Source: Candidatus Daviesbacteria bacterium (GTDB lineage: Bacteria > Patescibacteriota > Microgenomatia > Daviesbacterales > UBA10151). From it: a DNA stretch of 64,000 bases. Made by a program: the position numbers and the translations under genes. Positions within the stretch are counted from its first letter, which is position 1, and every line of letters begins with the position of its first letter. The notes beneath the pieces are model-generated. The model had not been told where the DNA came from and did not search any database. It was given only the letters and a program-made list of their open reading frames with translations. This document shows positions 31,101 to 42,026 of the stretch, in pieces. The DNA is taken from NCBI GenBank assembly GCA_016183305.1, contig JACPEW010000011.1, forward strand, positions 2,020 to 66,019. Direction: 5' to 3'.

Positions 31101-33539
31101 ATGGCTCAAAATAACTCCAGTAATAATGAAGCCAAAAAAGCTGCAATCTCTGCAGCAATGGCTCAAATCCAAAAACAATATGGTACAGGTTCTATTATGC
31201 GTCTTGGTGAACGCGTTGAAAAATTTGCTACAGATACTATTCCAACTGGTTCTATTGCCTTAGATTTAGCCTTGGGTGTTGGCGGTCTCCCCAAAGGCAG
31301 GATTATTGAGATTTATGGACCTGAAGCTGGCGGAAAATGCGTTACAACAGATACTGTAGTATTTACAGAATATGGTATGGTACCAATTGGTTTTTTAGGC
31401 GATCTCAATCAGAAGGGGTTTCAACCAAAGGAAATAAAGGTATATTCGGAAGGTGGGTTTGCCTATACAAGCCACTTTTATAATAGTGGAGTACAAAAAA
31501 CTATTAAAATAAAGACTTCCTATGGTTTTGAATTAGAAGGTACACCAAATCACAGAGTTCGTGTTTTGGATAATCAGGGAGAGTATATTTGGCGGCGGCT
31601 TGATCAATTAAAGATTGATGACAGTATTGCTATCCAAAGAGGGCAATATTGTTTTGGTTCAGGAGCTGATTTATCAAACTTTGGATATATAAAAAACAAA
31701 AACAACAGTCGTGGTAAAGATTTTAATCCCCCGTCTGTTCTTACATCTGATTTAGCAAGGCTAATGGGTTATCTAGTTGGTGATGGTACTTGTACGTCAG
31801 GGGGTTTTAATAAAAATGACATCCAGATTACTATTGCAGACGATGAAATAGCTGAAGATTTTTCAAATCTTTGTCTGCGTATTTTTGGAGAAACTCCGAA
31901 AATAACTTTAGATAAGCGTACTAAAAATACACAAAACTTCAGAATTCATAATGCAAAGGCGCGAGTTTTTCTAGCATATGCTGGTTTAGATTATGTTAGC
32001 GCTGAAGGAAAAGAGATTCCTTATTCAGTAATGCAAGGCTCGCAGACAATAGTAGCTAACTTTTTGTCAGCATTGTTCGAGACTGATGGTTGTTTTAGTA
32101 CTAATACTATTGAGTATTATACAAAATCTATAGAACTTATTAAGCAGCTGCAGCTTGTTTTGTTGAATTTCGGTATAGTTTCGAGAATTAAACCTAGACA
32201 AATTAAGAATTATCCAGGTAATACTTATTATTATTTATATATAGATGGAATTAATGATCAAAAAATCTTCTATAAGGAGATAGGATTTATATCCAAGAGA
32301 AAGAATGAAAAACTTCTTTTTTATATCCAACGGGAGCGTCAATATCAAAGCAACAGGGACACAGTTCCTTTTATAAATCATAAGATTGATGAATTGATGA
32401 AAGATTATAGAATTTCTCTAGGCAGTAGTACCAGACAGCATTGGGATGCGGTATATGATTATCGATCTGCTACTCCTGGTCATTCTTCCTTGACTTACCC
32501 CAGATTAAATAAAATTTTAAACATTTTCCAACCGGTAGAAAAATTATCCGTATACCAGGAGTTAAAAGAAATATTTTTGCGGAATATTTTTTGGGATAAG
32601 ATAGTAGAAATGCAACCTTCCAAGTCATTGGTAGTTGATTTTACAGTGCCGGAAACATTATCTTTTTTTGGAAGTGGTTTTATTAATCATAATACTACAG
32701 TGGCCCTTCATGTTATAGCTGAAGCTCAAAAAAAAGGCGGGGTAGCAGCTTTTATTGATGCAGAACATGCTTTAGACCCGCAAAGAGCTCAAAAGATTGG
32801 AGTAAATTTAGATGATTTGCTTATTTCTCAACCAGACACAGGTGAGCAGGGTTTGGAAATTGCAGAAAGTTTAATCCGGTCTGGTGGGATTGATGTGTTA
32901 GTCATAGATTCTGTAGCAGCATTAGTTCCTAGGTCAGAACTGGAAGGAGAGATGGGAGATTCTTCCATGGGTGTGCAAGCCCGTTTGATGTCTCAAGCCT
33001 TAAGGAAGTTAACTGGAGCAGTTTCTAATACCAATACCATTGTTATTTTCACAAATCAGTTAAGACAAAAAATTGGAGTGATGTTTGGTAATCCGGAAAC
33101 AACTACCGGAGGATTAGCCCTGAAATTTTATTCATCAATAAGATTGGATGTCAGAAAAATTGAGAATATAAAGGATGGGGATTTGGTGGTGGGTTCAAGG
33201 CACAGAGTTAAAGTAGTAAAAAATAAAGTCGCTCCCCCATTCAGGATTGCTGAATTTGATATGGATGAAAATGGTATTTCACATGAAGGAGAGCTTTTAG
33301 ATGTAGGAATTGAGCTAGGAATCTTGACTAAATCAGGTGCTTTTATTAAATGGAAGGAAAAGTTATTAGGCCAGGGCAGAGCTGCATCTGCTGCTTACTT
33401 AAAAGAGAATAAAAAAGAGGCTGAAAAATTAGAAAAAGAGATTAGAGATGCTTGGACTAAGCAAAAAGAAGGCAAAGAAAAAATCGTAGTTGGTCAAGAA
33501 GAAGAAACTTCAGCAGGTGCTTTAGAAGAAGCGGTTTAA
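31101..33539 (+). CDS. recA: recombinase RecA with intein
   Basis: [14 protein letters not shown]|...|[30 protein letters not shown]. Confidence 0.98.
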   Translation: MAQNNSSNNEAKKAAISAAMAQIQKQYGTGSIMRLGERVEKFATDTIPTGSIALDLALGVGGLPKGRIIEIYGPEAGGKCVTTDTVVFTEYGMVPIGFLGDLNQKGFQPKEIKVYSEGGFAYTSHFYNSGVQKTIKIKTSYGFELEGTPNHRVRVLDNQGEYIWRRLDQLKIDDSIAIQRGQYCFGSGADLSNFGYIKNKNNSRGKDFNPPSVLTSDLARLMGYLVGDGTCTSGGFNKNDIQITIADDEIAEDFSNLCLRIFGETPKITLDKRTKNTQNFRIHNAKARVFLAYAGLDYVSAEGKEIPYSVMQGSQTIVANFLSALFETDGCFSTNTIEYYTKSIELIKQLQLVLLNFGIVSRIKPRQIKNYPGNTYYYLYIDGINDQKIFYKEIGFISKRKNEKLLFYIQRERQYQSNRDTVPFINHKIDELMKDYRISLGSSTRQHWDAVYDYRSATPGHSSLTYPRLNKILNIFQPVEKLSVYQELKEIFLRNIFWDKIVEMQPSKSLVVDFTVPETLSFFGSGFINHNTTVALHVIAEAQKKGGVAAFIDAEHALDPQRAQKIGVNLDDLLISQPDTGEQGLEIAESLIRSGGIDVLVIDSVAALVPRSELEGEMGDSSMGVQARLMSQALRKLTGAVSNTNTIVIFTNQLRQKIGVMFGNPETTTGGLALKFYSSIRLDVRKIENIKDGDLVVGSRHRVKVVKNKVAPPFRIAEFDMDENGISHEGELLDVGIELGILTKSGAFIKWKEKLLGQGRAASAAYLKENKKEAEKLEKEIRDAWTKQKEGKEKIVVGQEEETSAGALEEAV
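31338..32693 (+). mobile_element. 452-aa intein with LAGLIDADG homing endonuclease in the RecA P-loop
   Basis: Starts CVTTDT, block [15 protein letters not shown] and [10 protein letters not shown] motifs, ends INHN followed by Thr. Confidence 0.95.
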
Positions 33540-34201
33540 TGTCTAAAATAACCTCAGTAGAACCTCAAAAGAAAAACCCGAAAAGATTCAATATATTTTT
33601 AGATGGAGAATTTGCTTTTGGAGCAGATGAAGATTTAGTGGTTAATAGCAGGTTGGTAGTAGGTAAGGTGGTTCCGTCAGAAGAGCTCCAAAAAATATTA
33701 TTTGAGGTAGAGGTGGGGAAGTTGATGGAAAGAATGTACCGGTGGTTTGCCTTAAGGCAGCATTCAGAAAAGGAAGTCAGGGAATACTTTAGAATTAAGA
33801 ATTTAGAATTAAGAATAAAGGAAAAAGAGCAGATGAGTCAGTTAGTTATTGATGCTACCGTAGAGACCTTAAAGAGGAAAGGGATGGTTAATGATTTAGG
33901 ATTTACTAAAGCTTGGGTAGAAGCCAGAAGAAAAACAAAGCAAAAAGGAATTAAGGCAATAAAACAAGAGCTTTTCCAAAAAGGAATTGATAAGGAGATT
34001 ATTGAAGAAGTTATGGGTTATGGGTTAGGAGTTATAAGTGAGGAAGATTTAGCAAAACAGGCATTGGAGAAAAAGATGAAATTCTTGAAACATTTGAATA
34101 CTTTGGATCTGAAGAAAAAAGCGTATGAGTTTTTACTTAGAAAAGGTTTTGAATATGAGGTGGTTAAAAAAACAATTGAAAGTTTGACAAAAAAAGTGTA
34201 A
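33539..34201 (+). CDS. recX: regulatory protein RecX
   Basis: Follows recA; RQHSEKEV, IKQELFQKGI, FLLRKGF. Confidence 0.92.
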   Translation: MSKITSVEPQKKNPKRFNIFLDGEFAFGADEDLVVNSRLVVGKVVPSEELQKILFEVEVGKLMERMYRWFALRQHSEKEVREYFRIKNLELRIKEKEQMSQLVIDATVETLKRKGMVNDLGFTKAWVEARRKTKQKGIKAIKQELFQKGIDKEIIEEVMGYGLGVISEEDLAKQALEKKMKFLKHLNTLDLKKKAYEFLLRKGFEYEVVKKTIESLTKKV

Positions 34202-34211
34202 AATAAAATAA

Positions 34212-34310
34212 GAGAATTAGATAGAGTAAGTGAAATTATGATGAAAGTAATTCTCGGAAATTTAATACTTTCTTTCAGCTCCAGATAAGCGGAGCGTTTT
34301 TCTGATTCTC
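34212..34310 (+). ncRNA. candidate 6S-like RNA or structured rny leader
   Basis: Closing stem GAGAATTAGA/TCTGATTCTC, central bubble, inner GAAAGTA/TACTTTC stem. Confidence 0.35.
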
Positions 34311-34319
34311 CAATAAATT

Positions 34320-35645
34320 ATGCAAAGAACATTTGGACCTATTAAGAGTAATAATGATGGGGGTTTTGTTAAACAAGAAGCAGAACTGGCTAAAAGGGAG
34401 GGTATTTTAGAAGAAAGAGAACGTCAAATCAGTGAAAAACAAAAGCTGATTGACGAAAAGCTTGAGCAGCTGGAAAAGATCAGAAAAGATTTAGTATCTA
34501 AGTTGGAAAAAGTTTCTTCTGTATCCCGTGACGAAGCCCAAAAGATCTTACTGGAGAATCTGGATCAGGAACTGGCTGGTGAGATTTCTAAAAAAATTAA
34601 AGAAGCTGAAGAAGAAATTAAGCTTACTGCAGATGAAAAAGCCAGAGAAGTTTTAGCTGATGCTATAAGGCATGGTGTTACTGATTATATCTCTGAATTT
34701 ACTACTTCAAAAGTTAGGCTGCCTGATGAAGAGATGAAAGGCAGGATTATTGGTAAGGAAGGCAGGAATGTTAGAACTTTTGAACAAGCTACAGGTGTTG
34801 ATGTAGTGATGGACGATGAAATCCCCGGTACTTTAATACTTTCTTCGTTTGATCCGGTAAGGCGTGAAATTGCCAAAGTTTCTTTAGAAAGATTAATGGA
34901 AGACGGGAGAATTCAACCCCAAAGAATTGAAGAGATAGTACAAAAAACTCAAGGGGATATTAATAAATTAATGAGGCAAGCAGGAGAAAAACTTTGCCAT
35001 GATGTTGGGGTCTATAATCTACCTGTTGAGCTTGTGGATATTATCGGTAGATTTAAATATAGATACTCCTATGGCCAGAATTTAATTTTACATACTCAGG
35101 AAGAAACCCAAATTGGTATAGCTTTAGCTAAAGAACTTGGGGCAGATGTTAATGTAGTAAGACTTGGGTGTTTACTGCATGATATAGGTAAAGTTGTTAC
35201 AGAAGGAGACGAAGGCACTCATGTTGATAAAGGCGTACAACTTGCCAAAAAATTTGGTCTGCCGGAAAAAGTCATTAATTGTATTGCAGAACATCATGAA
35301 GATAAACCTTTCTCAGCAGTAGAATCAATAATAGTTTATATTGCTGATGCTATTTCTGGAGGCAGGCCTGGAGCAAGACATGAGAATGTAGGGGATTATA
35401 TTAAGAGAATGGATGATATAGAAAAAATTGCTATTTCTTTTGAAGGAGTTGAAAAGGCCTTTGCTGTTCAGGCTGGTAGGGAAGTTAGGGTGATTGTAAC
35501 CCCAGAAAGAATTCCTGATGAAGAGCTGCCAAAATTAGTTCATGATATAGCTGAGAGAATTTCTAAAGAAGTAATGGTGCCAGGTGCTGTTAAAATTACT
35601 GCTATTAGAGAAACCCGTTATTCAGAAACCACAATGACTGTTTGA
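34320..35645 (+). CDS. rny: ribonuclease Y
   Basis: KGRIIGKEGRN KH motif, LLHDIGK, ADAISGGRPGAR, QAGREVRV. Confidence 0.97.
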   Translation: MQRTFGPIKSNNDGGFVKQEAELAKREGILEERERQISEKQKLIDEKLEQLEKIRKDLVSKLEKVSSVSRDEAQKILLENLDQELAGEISKKIKEAEEEIKLTADEKAREVLADAIRHGVTDYISEFTTSKVRLPDEEMKGRIIGKEGRNVRTFEQATGVDVVMDDEIPGTLILSSFDPVRREIAKVSLERLMEDGRIQPQRIEEIVQKTQGDINKLMRQAGEKLCHDVGVYNLPVELVDIIGRFKYRYSYGQNLILHTQEETQIGIALAKELGADVNVVRLGCLLHDIGKVVTEGDEGTHVDKGVQLAKKFGLPEKVINCIAEHHEDKPFSAVESIIVYIADAISGGRPGARHENVGDYIKRMDDIEKIAISFEGVEKAFAVQAGREVRVIVTPERIPDEELPKLVHDIAERISKEVMVPGAVKITAIRETRYSETTMTV

Positions 35646-35675
35646 CAAATTGGTTTTTCCTGATATACTTTATTT

Positions 35676-35939
35676 ATAATTTAATACTTAAAATGCGTTT
35701 GAGTCTACCGCAGTAGACAAGCAGCATACATCAGCATTAAGCAGAGTATGACAGAAATTGAAACTGTGTAAATACAATAAGCGTGTCGGCAACGGAGCGT
35801 TGTGAGATAGATTTTCTACAGTGATCCTCCGGATGGAGGATTTTTTGTAGGAAGTTTAAGCAAGGTGGTACCGCCCTCAAAATGAGAGCCCTTGTTAGAT
35901 GATTAACCTTAATGGTTAGTAGTTTAACAAAGGTTTTTT
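35676..35939 (+). promoter_or_regulatory. T-box-like leader (antiterminator + terminator)
   Basis: Promoter TTGACA-16-TATACT (35642-35669); CAAGG-TGGTACC-GC..GC-CCTTG (35861-35894); overlapping terminator ending in TTTTTT. Confidence 0.75.
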
Positions 35940-35970
35940 AGTGAGAAAATATGAAAGAGGTGAATAAAAT

Positions 35971-36186
35971 ATGGCAGCAAAAATTGAATTAGGTACAGGT
36001 TGATCTGTTGAACCAGAGTATGCTGATGGAAAAAGTAACTTTATCCTAAAAGATGGATAATTGGTAACATTAGTCTCAGTAACTGGGGCATTAACAGTTG
36101 TTTCTTGCAAACATGGGACTTGGGTTGGCTCAAGAGGGTATAATTCTTTCAAGCCAGAAGGTGAGGTATCAGTAAAGGAGCGATAA
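35971..36186 (+). pseudogene. degraded small ORF downstream of the T-box
   Basis: GAGGTG RBS + ATG; in-frame TGA (36001) and TAA (36058). Confidence 0.3.
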
Positions 36187-36334
36187 AAGGCTTTTAGCTA
36201 TTTTGGGGCTTGATAAAAGGGAAAACTTTTGGTAAGTTATGCGTGTTATGACAAAGAATATCAGCAAACACTAGAAATTATAATCTAATTTACTATGGAT
36301 GTTGATTTCTGATATTTTTTGCTATGTTAAGCTT

Positions 36335-36607
36335 ATGACAAAAAATGAACTAATTGAAAAAGTAGCTAAGAAGGCAAATTTGACCAAAAGAGCTGCTGCA
36401 GATGCAGTCAATACTACTTTTAACCTGGTTAGAGATGGGTTAGTCAAAGGAGAAAAAGTGGTTATCACTGGTTTCGGAACTTTTCTAATCAGATCAAGAG
36501 CAGCAAGGCGTGGCAGAAACCCTCAAACTGGAGAAACTATTCAAATTCCTAACAAAAAAACTCCAGGTTTTGCTGCTGGTAAAACCCTAAAAAGATTAAT
36601 TAAATAG
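36335..36607 (+). CDS. hup: HU family DNA-binding protein
   Basis: MTKNELI, GFGTF, GRNPQTG. Confidence 0.97.
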   Translation: MTKNELIEKVAKKANLTKRAAADAVNTTFNLVRDGLVKGEKVVITGFGTFLIRSRAARRGRNPQTGETIQIPNKKTPGFAAGKTLKRLIK

Positions 36608-36616
36608 CTCCTTTTT

Positions 36617-37576
36617 ATGCTCCGAGTTCTAAACTCTTTTAAAGTCCGATCCGGGTTGAAATTAGTTGATTACCGTTTAGGAGAAGATTTAGATTCTCAA
36701 GAGATTAAAGTCTATTTCCAATCCAGGGATTACAAAATTGGAAACTTACAAAATAGTGGTAGGCATGTCACAGGAATTTTAACTAAAGCAGGAGAAAAAT
36801 ATTTCCTAAAATTATCAACCAGTGAAGGAATTAGTATTGTTACCCAAAACGAATTTAACTGGAATAATTATTTTAATGCTAATAATCTTAATAATAAGTT
36901 TCATGTCCCCAAAAACTTCGATAGTGGTTATTTTAAAGATAAATACTTTTATTTAATTACCAACTATTTTAATGGCAAATTGCTTTGCCAATTCCGTGAC
37001 CAATACCAAAATCTTAATTTATTAACTAAGTCTCTTACGCAAATTATAGAGCTTGCTGAAAACATACAGCAGCTCCCAGACTATACATTTGCTATTGCTC
37101 AATACCAAGATGGAGATTCAAAATTAAGGTTTATTAATAAAGCGAACGCTTGGTTTGATGATATACCAATTAACATTCGTGACAAATATAATCTTCAATT
37201 ACTTATTAAAGTAGCTATAAAAGGAATTGATAAATTATTTAGCAAGCCTAGGCATGGAGATTTTGCCCCTTGGCATATTATGACGCTGGGAAATAATAAA
37301 TTAGGGTTGATTGATGGTGAACATGCTTTATCAGATGGGGTAGAAAATTATGATATTTGTTATTTTATTCAGCGGGTTTTTAGTGTCTTAAAAAAACCTG
37401 ATATTGCTGAAAATATTTATTTGGAATTGAGAAAAAGAAAATATGAAGTAGAGAAATTAAAAACAATACTGGCAGCAAGGGCAATAGGAGGATTTTTAGA
37501 TGAATCATTAAACAGTAACCCAGATTATATGTTTGCTAATGCTTTTAAGGATTGGGTTCTAGCACTAAATGATTAG
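36617..37576 (+). CDS. APH/choline-kinase-like phosphotransferase
   Basis: YFLK, HGDFAPWH, LIDGE. Confidence 0.75.
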   Translation: MLRVLNSFKVRSGLKLVDYRLGEDLDSQEIKVYFQSRDYKIGNLQNSGRHVTGILTKAGEKYFLKLSTSEGISIVTQNEFNWNNYFNANNLNNKFHVPKNFDSGYFKDKYFYLITNYFNGKLLCQFRDQYQNLNLLTKSLTQIIELAENIQQLPDYTFAIAQYQDGDSKLRFINKANAWFDDIPINIRDKYNLQLLIKVAIKGIDKLFSKPRHGDFAPWHIMTLGNNKLGLIDGEHALSDGVENYDICYFIQRVFSVLKKPDIAENIYLELRKRKYEVEKLKTILAARAIGGFLDESLNSNPDYMFANAFKDWVLALND

Positions 37577-37580
37577 GTTG

Positions 37581-38801
37581 CTAAAAGGGGTTTTTAGATA
37601 AGTTAATTGCAAAAAATATATTAATTAGGTTTCTTGGAAGAAATACTCCAGTAAGATAAGGATATAATAAAGCAAAGCTGAGTATGATTAGCAATATTAT
37701 TACTAATGCTAATTTTTTTGCTTGTTGATTAGCTAAAAGCTTATTTAGTTGATAGCCTAAAGCTAAGCTTAAAAAAGGCACTGACGGGCTAAAGTGGTAT
37801 AAAAACATTATTCTGGGAGATGCTGCCCAAGGTAACCAAAAAGCTAAAAATCCTAAAATAATAAGGAATAAATTTACAAATCTTTTTCTGATAACCTCTA
37901 TAGCAGTCAATATGATGGCAATACTGCCTGCCCAAAAGAGTGCTGGATTGCCAGAAGTAAAGATATTAGCCATGGTGTTTTTTTGATAATCTACAAAATA
38001 CCAAACAGGGTAAAGATTTAAAGGCCAAGACCACCACGGTGAAGTATATGTATGAGTGGCTTTTAGATTAGTATGATACCACCACATTTGCTGTTGCAGC
38101 TCCTTAAATTGGTCAAAACTATGTCCCAGTAAAAAGAAAGGTAAATAACTGATAAAATAAATGATTGGAGGAAGCATAATAAAAAAGGTAATTTGGCGGT
38201 AATGTTTATCTTTAAGTAGTATCGGTAAAAAGATTAGGTAAGCGTACGCGCCTGCCCATTTACTGGATATAGCCAGTCCTAAAAAAATAGCTGAGATAAT
38301 AAATCTTTTGTTAAGCAGAAAAAATAAAGCAGCCAGAAAAAAAGTAACATAATAAATATCATTCATGCCTGTTCTTGACTGGACAAAATTAAGGCCATCT
38401 AGAGAGAAAGCAAATGCAGCTATTAAAGCTGCATTTTGATTTTTTAATAGCCTAATACCTAACAGATAAACTAAATAAACAGATAAAATACCTAATATAA
38501 CTCCAGGCAATCTATAGGCCCAGGCATCCTGTGTACCAGTGATAAACATTGAAACAGCCATTAGTTCCTTGGCTAAAGGAGGATGAGTCCATTCAAATGC
38601 TACCCCAGGTGGTGGGCTAGTCCACCATTCCCAGGCTTCTTTGCTTCCTTTTAAATATTCTTTAGCAGTAAAAGCATGATAAACTTCATCAAATACAAAC
38701 TTATTTGGATAGTCTAATTTATATAAGCGCAAAAAGGCAGTCAGAAGCAGAAGCAGAATTAATATTTTTTTTGGACTAACTTCTTTTTGCAGCAATCTCA
38801 T
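37581..38801 (-). CDS. protein O-mannosyltransferase-like (PMT/GT39)
   Basis: VFDEVYH, HPPLAK, SKW, HTYTSPWWSWPL, GNP, FLYH. Confidence 0.9.
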   Translation of the reverse strand: MRLLQKEVSPKKILILLLLLTAFLRLYKLDYPNKFVFDEVYHAFTAKEYLKGSKEAWEWWTSPPPGVAFEWTHPPLAKELMAVSMFITGTQDAWAYRLPGVILGILSVYLVYLLGIRLLKNQNAALIAAFAFSLDGLNFVQSRTGMNDIYYVTFFLAALFFLLNKRFIISAIFLGLAISSKWAGAYAYLIFLPILLKDKHYRQITFFIMLPPIIYFISYLPFFLLGHSFDQFKELQQQMWWYHTNLKATHTYTSPWWSWPLNLYPVWYFVDYQKNTMANIFTSGNPALFWAGSIAIILTAIEVIRKRFVNLFLIILGFLAFWLPWAASPRIMFLYHFSPSVPFLSLALGYQLNKLLANQQAKKLALVIILLIILSFALLYPYLTGVFLPRNLINIFFAINLSKNPF

Positions 38802-40017
38802 GTTTGAGTATATTAATACTAATTAAAATAAAAAGACTAAAAGAAATCAATGACAAACCCTTGCTATTTTCATTTAATAAGTTATAAACAGTTGGATTAT
38901 ATAGTAATTTTGGTAACTGAAAATATACTTCATTGAAGTAAACATAAACATAGTATAAATTAAAAAAATGCAAAAAAGTTAATAAACTGGTTAGTACTAG
39001 TAATAATCTATCTCTATATAGAGAGCTTAATAATATTAAAAAAATTAACGCAGGATAAAGATATCTCTCATGTACTTTAGTGGGTAAAAAGAAGAATCCT
39101 AAAAAAGCTAGTGTTGCTAATGCGTAGATGGATAGTTTCTTCCTAGTATAAAAGTATCCCAGTATAATCCAGTAAGAACTAAATAAAATAATACCTATAG
39201 TTTGATAAGAGAGATTATTCCAAATCGTCTTATCAGGAATCCAAAACCCAACTACCCCCCAAAAATTGTAAGCATTTAAAGAGGTATAAGGATACTCTCC
39301 TGCTGTATTAAGAATATGTTGAACAAGACTTATTGTTGTTTGGTTTGGGAAAAACGGAACAGCTAAAACAAAAATTATTAAAAGTCCTGGTATTGTTAAT
39401 TTAATTATATTTGAAAGCTTGAAATGGTGTACAAGATAAATAGCTAGTATTGGGGCTATAGCTATAGCTTGTGGTTTGATTAAAAAAGCTACACCAAACA
39501 TAATTGAACTTAAAATTAAGTGATTATCTTTTAAGGCAATTAGAGTAATCAATAAAAATAATGCCAAAACACTATCGATTTGTCCCCAGATGGAACTGTT
39601 AAATAAAATAGCTGGATTAAATACAATTAAGCTAAGAGCAAGTAAAGCAAGTATAAGGGAAACTTTTTTCCTAACTTCTTGATATATCAATATCCCAATT
39701 ATTAAATCACAAATAATTGCTGGCATTTTAAGCAGGAAATAAAAATTGTTATCAGGAATTAGTAACTGATTTTTTAAAAATCCCAGCAGACCGAGAACAT
39801 ATAAATATCCTGGTGTGTAGTCAGTAAAAATATCTTTGCTGTAAAACTGGGCAAAATTTAAGTTATTTAATCTTATTGCCCAAGCAAACCAGTCATTAAT
39901 ATCAATTTGAAACCCGGAAAGCGGTGCTAGTAAAAGCCTAAAAGTAATACCGGCCAAAAGTAAGAGAATTAATATTTTATTTTCTTTATTTAAAAATATA
40001 GTTTTCACCCTTACCAT
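38776..40017 (-). CDS. GT-C membrane glycosyltransferase
   Basis: DYTPGY, WGQIDS, KPQ, HERY motifs, polytopic. Confidence 0.8.
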   Translation of the reverse strand: MVRVKTIFLNKENKILILLLLAGITFRLLLAPLSGFQIDINDWFAWAIRLNNLNFAQFYSKDIFTDYTPGYLYVLGLLGFLKNQLLIPDNNFYFLLKMPAIICDLIIGILIYQEVRKKVSLILALLALSLIVFNPAILFNSSIWGQIDSVLALFLLITLIALKDNHLILSSIMFGVAFLIKPQAIAIAPILAIYLVHHFKLSNIIKLTIPGLLIIFVLAVPFFPNQTTISLVQHILNTAGEYPYTSLNAYNFWGVVGFWIPDKTIWNNLSYQTIGIILFSSYWIILGYFYTRKKLSIYALATLAFLGFFFLPTKVHERYLYPALIFLILLSSLYRDRLLLVLTSLLTFLHFFNLYYVYVYFNEVYFQLPKLLYNPTVYNLLNENSKGLSLISFSLFILISINILKHEIAAKRS

Positions 40018-40049
40018 ATTTTAAACTTTTTGTATTAATATAAGTAGAT

Positions 40050-42026
40050 ATGGAATTTAATTTAATTCTTTTGGTTGTAGGATTTATTTTTACTTTTTTT
40101 CTGCCTGGTTTTCTTGTTATAGAAACTTTTTTCTCTGAACTTCTTTTCATACAGAAAATACCGCTTTATTTATTAATTAGTGTTTTAGTTTCAACCTATG
40201 CTGTCTATTTTGTGAGTTTAATATTTGGATTCTCTCAAAGCTCTATCCTTTTTACTATTCTAATCTTTCAACTTTGGTTAGCTATTTTTTTACTAAACAA
40301 GAGATTCAGTATTAAGCAATTTTATTTTCTGCTGTTTAAAAAAAATTTATATTGTCTGAAAGAGCATATGGTTGCTTTATTGACAAGCTGCGCAATCTTT
40401 ACTTTATTCCTAATTGCATTATATCCGGCAATTTTTTCATTTTTTAATAATTACTATGTAATGGCTTCTGTTAATTGGCAAGATACAGCAATGCATCAGT
40501 CGATTATCCAAACTATCTCCCAAGGAAACTTCCCCCCACAAGCACCTTATTTTAGCGGTCAACCTTTAAATTATTACTATTTTATTGATTTTCATACTGC
40601 TATTTTGCAAACTCTTTATGGGGATTTTTTTCCAAGAATTTTAGTTTATGATAATCCATTTTTTGTATTAATGTTTTTTCTATCTATTTATGCTTTAAGT
40701 TATAGTATATTCAAAAATAAATTATCAGCAATAATTGCAGGCTTGCTTGCTGTGTTTATTGGTAATTTTCTATTCATTAGATTTTTTAAGGATATTTATA
40801 TCAATTTAGATAATTCTAATAATTTTATAAATACAATAATAAATCTAGCTGCTATACGGAGTTATACCTTAGATAATGGCCAATTAATGCAGATGGTGCC
40901 AATGGCTGATTATTTTTTGCAGAATCGTCCAATGACGATAGGTTTGCCAACAGTAGCCGTGTTAATTCTGCTACTGGTGAATGGTCATGAAAAAAATAGC
41001 AGGAAATATTTTGTATTATCTAGCTTATTAACAGCAATGCTGTTTAAATTTCAATTATTCGCATTTGGTATTTCAATAATTATTTTTCTATTAAGCTGGT
41101 TTAGCTTTTTGAATGATAATTTTAAAAAAGAAATTAGTAAATTAGTCCGCTTAGTTAGTTTTTTAGCAGCATTTTCTGTACCTGTTTGGTTACTCTTTAG
41201 AAATAATAACTATGTATTAGAAACTTTTTTAAATAATTTTCGTTTAGGGGCTTGGGATAAGACTAAAGATTTTTATTGGTATTTACAATTTCCTTTTGCT
41301 AACTTTGGAGTGCTATTTATTCTATTCTTATTTTTTGTTTTATTGATAACCCTAAAAAAGGTAAATTTAACTGGAGGATTAAAGCTTTTGTTAATTCTAG
41401 GGATTATTTTATCCGTTATCCCTTTTGTTGTTCATTTTACAATTAATGATGGAGATATGCTTAAGTTTTTCTATTTTGCTATGATCCCTTTTTCTATAAT
41501 TTCCGGTTTAATCTTACAAAAGGTTTGGCGTAGTTCATATCTTGGACCCTTATTAGTAATTTTACTAATAGTTATTTCTTCTACTAATAGTTTGTTAACT
41601 TTAGCGTCAAGTTTTTTTAATAAGTATCAAGGGTATTCACAAGCGGATTATCAAGTTGGAATGTGGATCAGAAATAACAGTTTGCCGCAATCAGTTTTTT
41701 TATCCTTGCCTACTGTACATTCTCCAATATCTGATATTGGGGGAAGATTAAGAGTGTTATCTTACACAATGTGGCCTTATTCTCATGGTTTTAATAAGGG
41801 AGTGGATAATGTTTTCAGCAGACAAGCTGATATTGAAGGTATTTATCAATACCCCTCAGATACTGAAAACGTTAAAAGAATATTTAGCAAATATGATATA
41901 AACTATGTTTATTTAGGATCAGAAGAGAAAAATAAATATCCTTTTACTAAACAAATGTTTGACCAGCAGGCTTATCTTAAATTGATTTATGACTTTGCTG
42001 ATGTGCAAATTTATCAAATATTATGA
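40050..42026 (+). CDS. polytopic membrane protein, putative GT-C
   Basis: Many TM segments, P..P.FSG.PL.YYY, C-terminal INYVYLG.EE domain. Confidence 0.7.
   Translation: MEFNLILLVVGFIFTFFLPGFLVIETFFSELLFIQKIPLYLLISVLVSTYAVYFVSLIFGFSQSSILFTILIFQLWLAIFLLNKRFSIKQFYFLLFKKNLYCLKEHMVALLTSCAIFTLFLIALYPAIFSFFNNYYVMASVNWQDTAMHQSIIQTISQGNFPPQAPYFSGQPLNYYYFIDFHTAILQTLYGDFFPRILVYDNPFFVLMFFLSIYALSYSIFKNKLSAIIAGLLAVFIGNFLFIRFFKDIYINLDNSNNFINTIINLAAIRSYTLDNGQLMQMVPMADYFLQNRPMTIGLPTVAVLILLLVNGHEKNSRKYFVLSSLLTAMLFKFQLFAFGISIIIFLLSWFSFLNDNFKKEISKLVRLVSFLAAFSVPVWLLFRNNNYVLETFLNNFRLGAWDKTKDFYWYLQFPFANFGVLFILFLFFVLLITLKKVNLTGGLKLLLILGIILSVIPFVVHFTINDGDMLKFFYFAMIPFSIISGLILQKVWRSSYLGPLLVILLIVISSTNSLLTLASSFFNKYQGYSQADYQVGMWIRNNSLPQSVFLSLPTVHSPISDIGGRLRVLSYTMWPYSHGFNKGVDNVFSRQADIEGIYQYPSDTENVKRIFSKYDINYVYLGSEEKNKYPFTKQMFDQQAYLKLIYDFADVQIYQIL

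Noticed and set aside
35676..35939. tmRNA, SRP or SAM riboswitch at this position
   Set aside because: No tRNA-like ends or SRP loop; the CATC..GGCAAC similarity lacks the rest of the SAM core, while the T-box antiterminator is clear.
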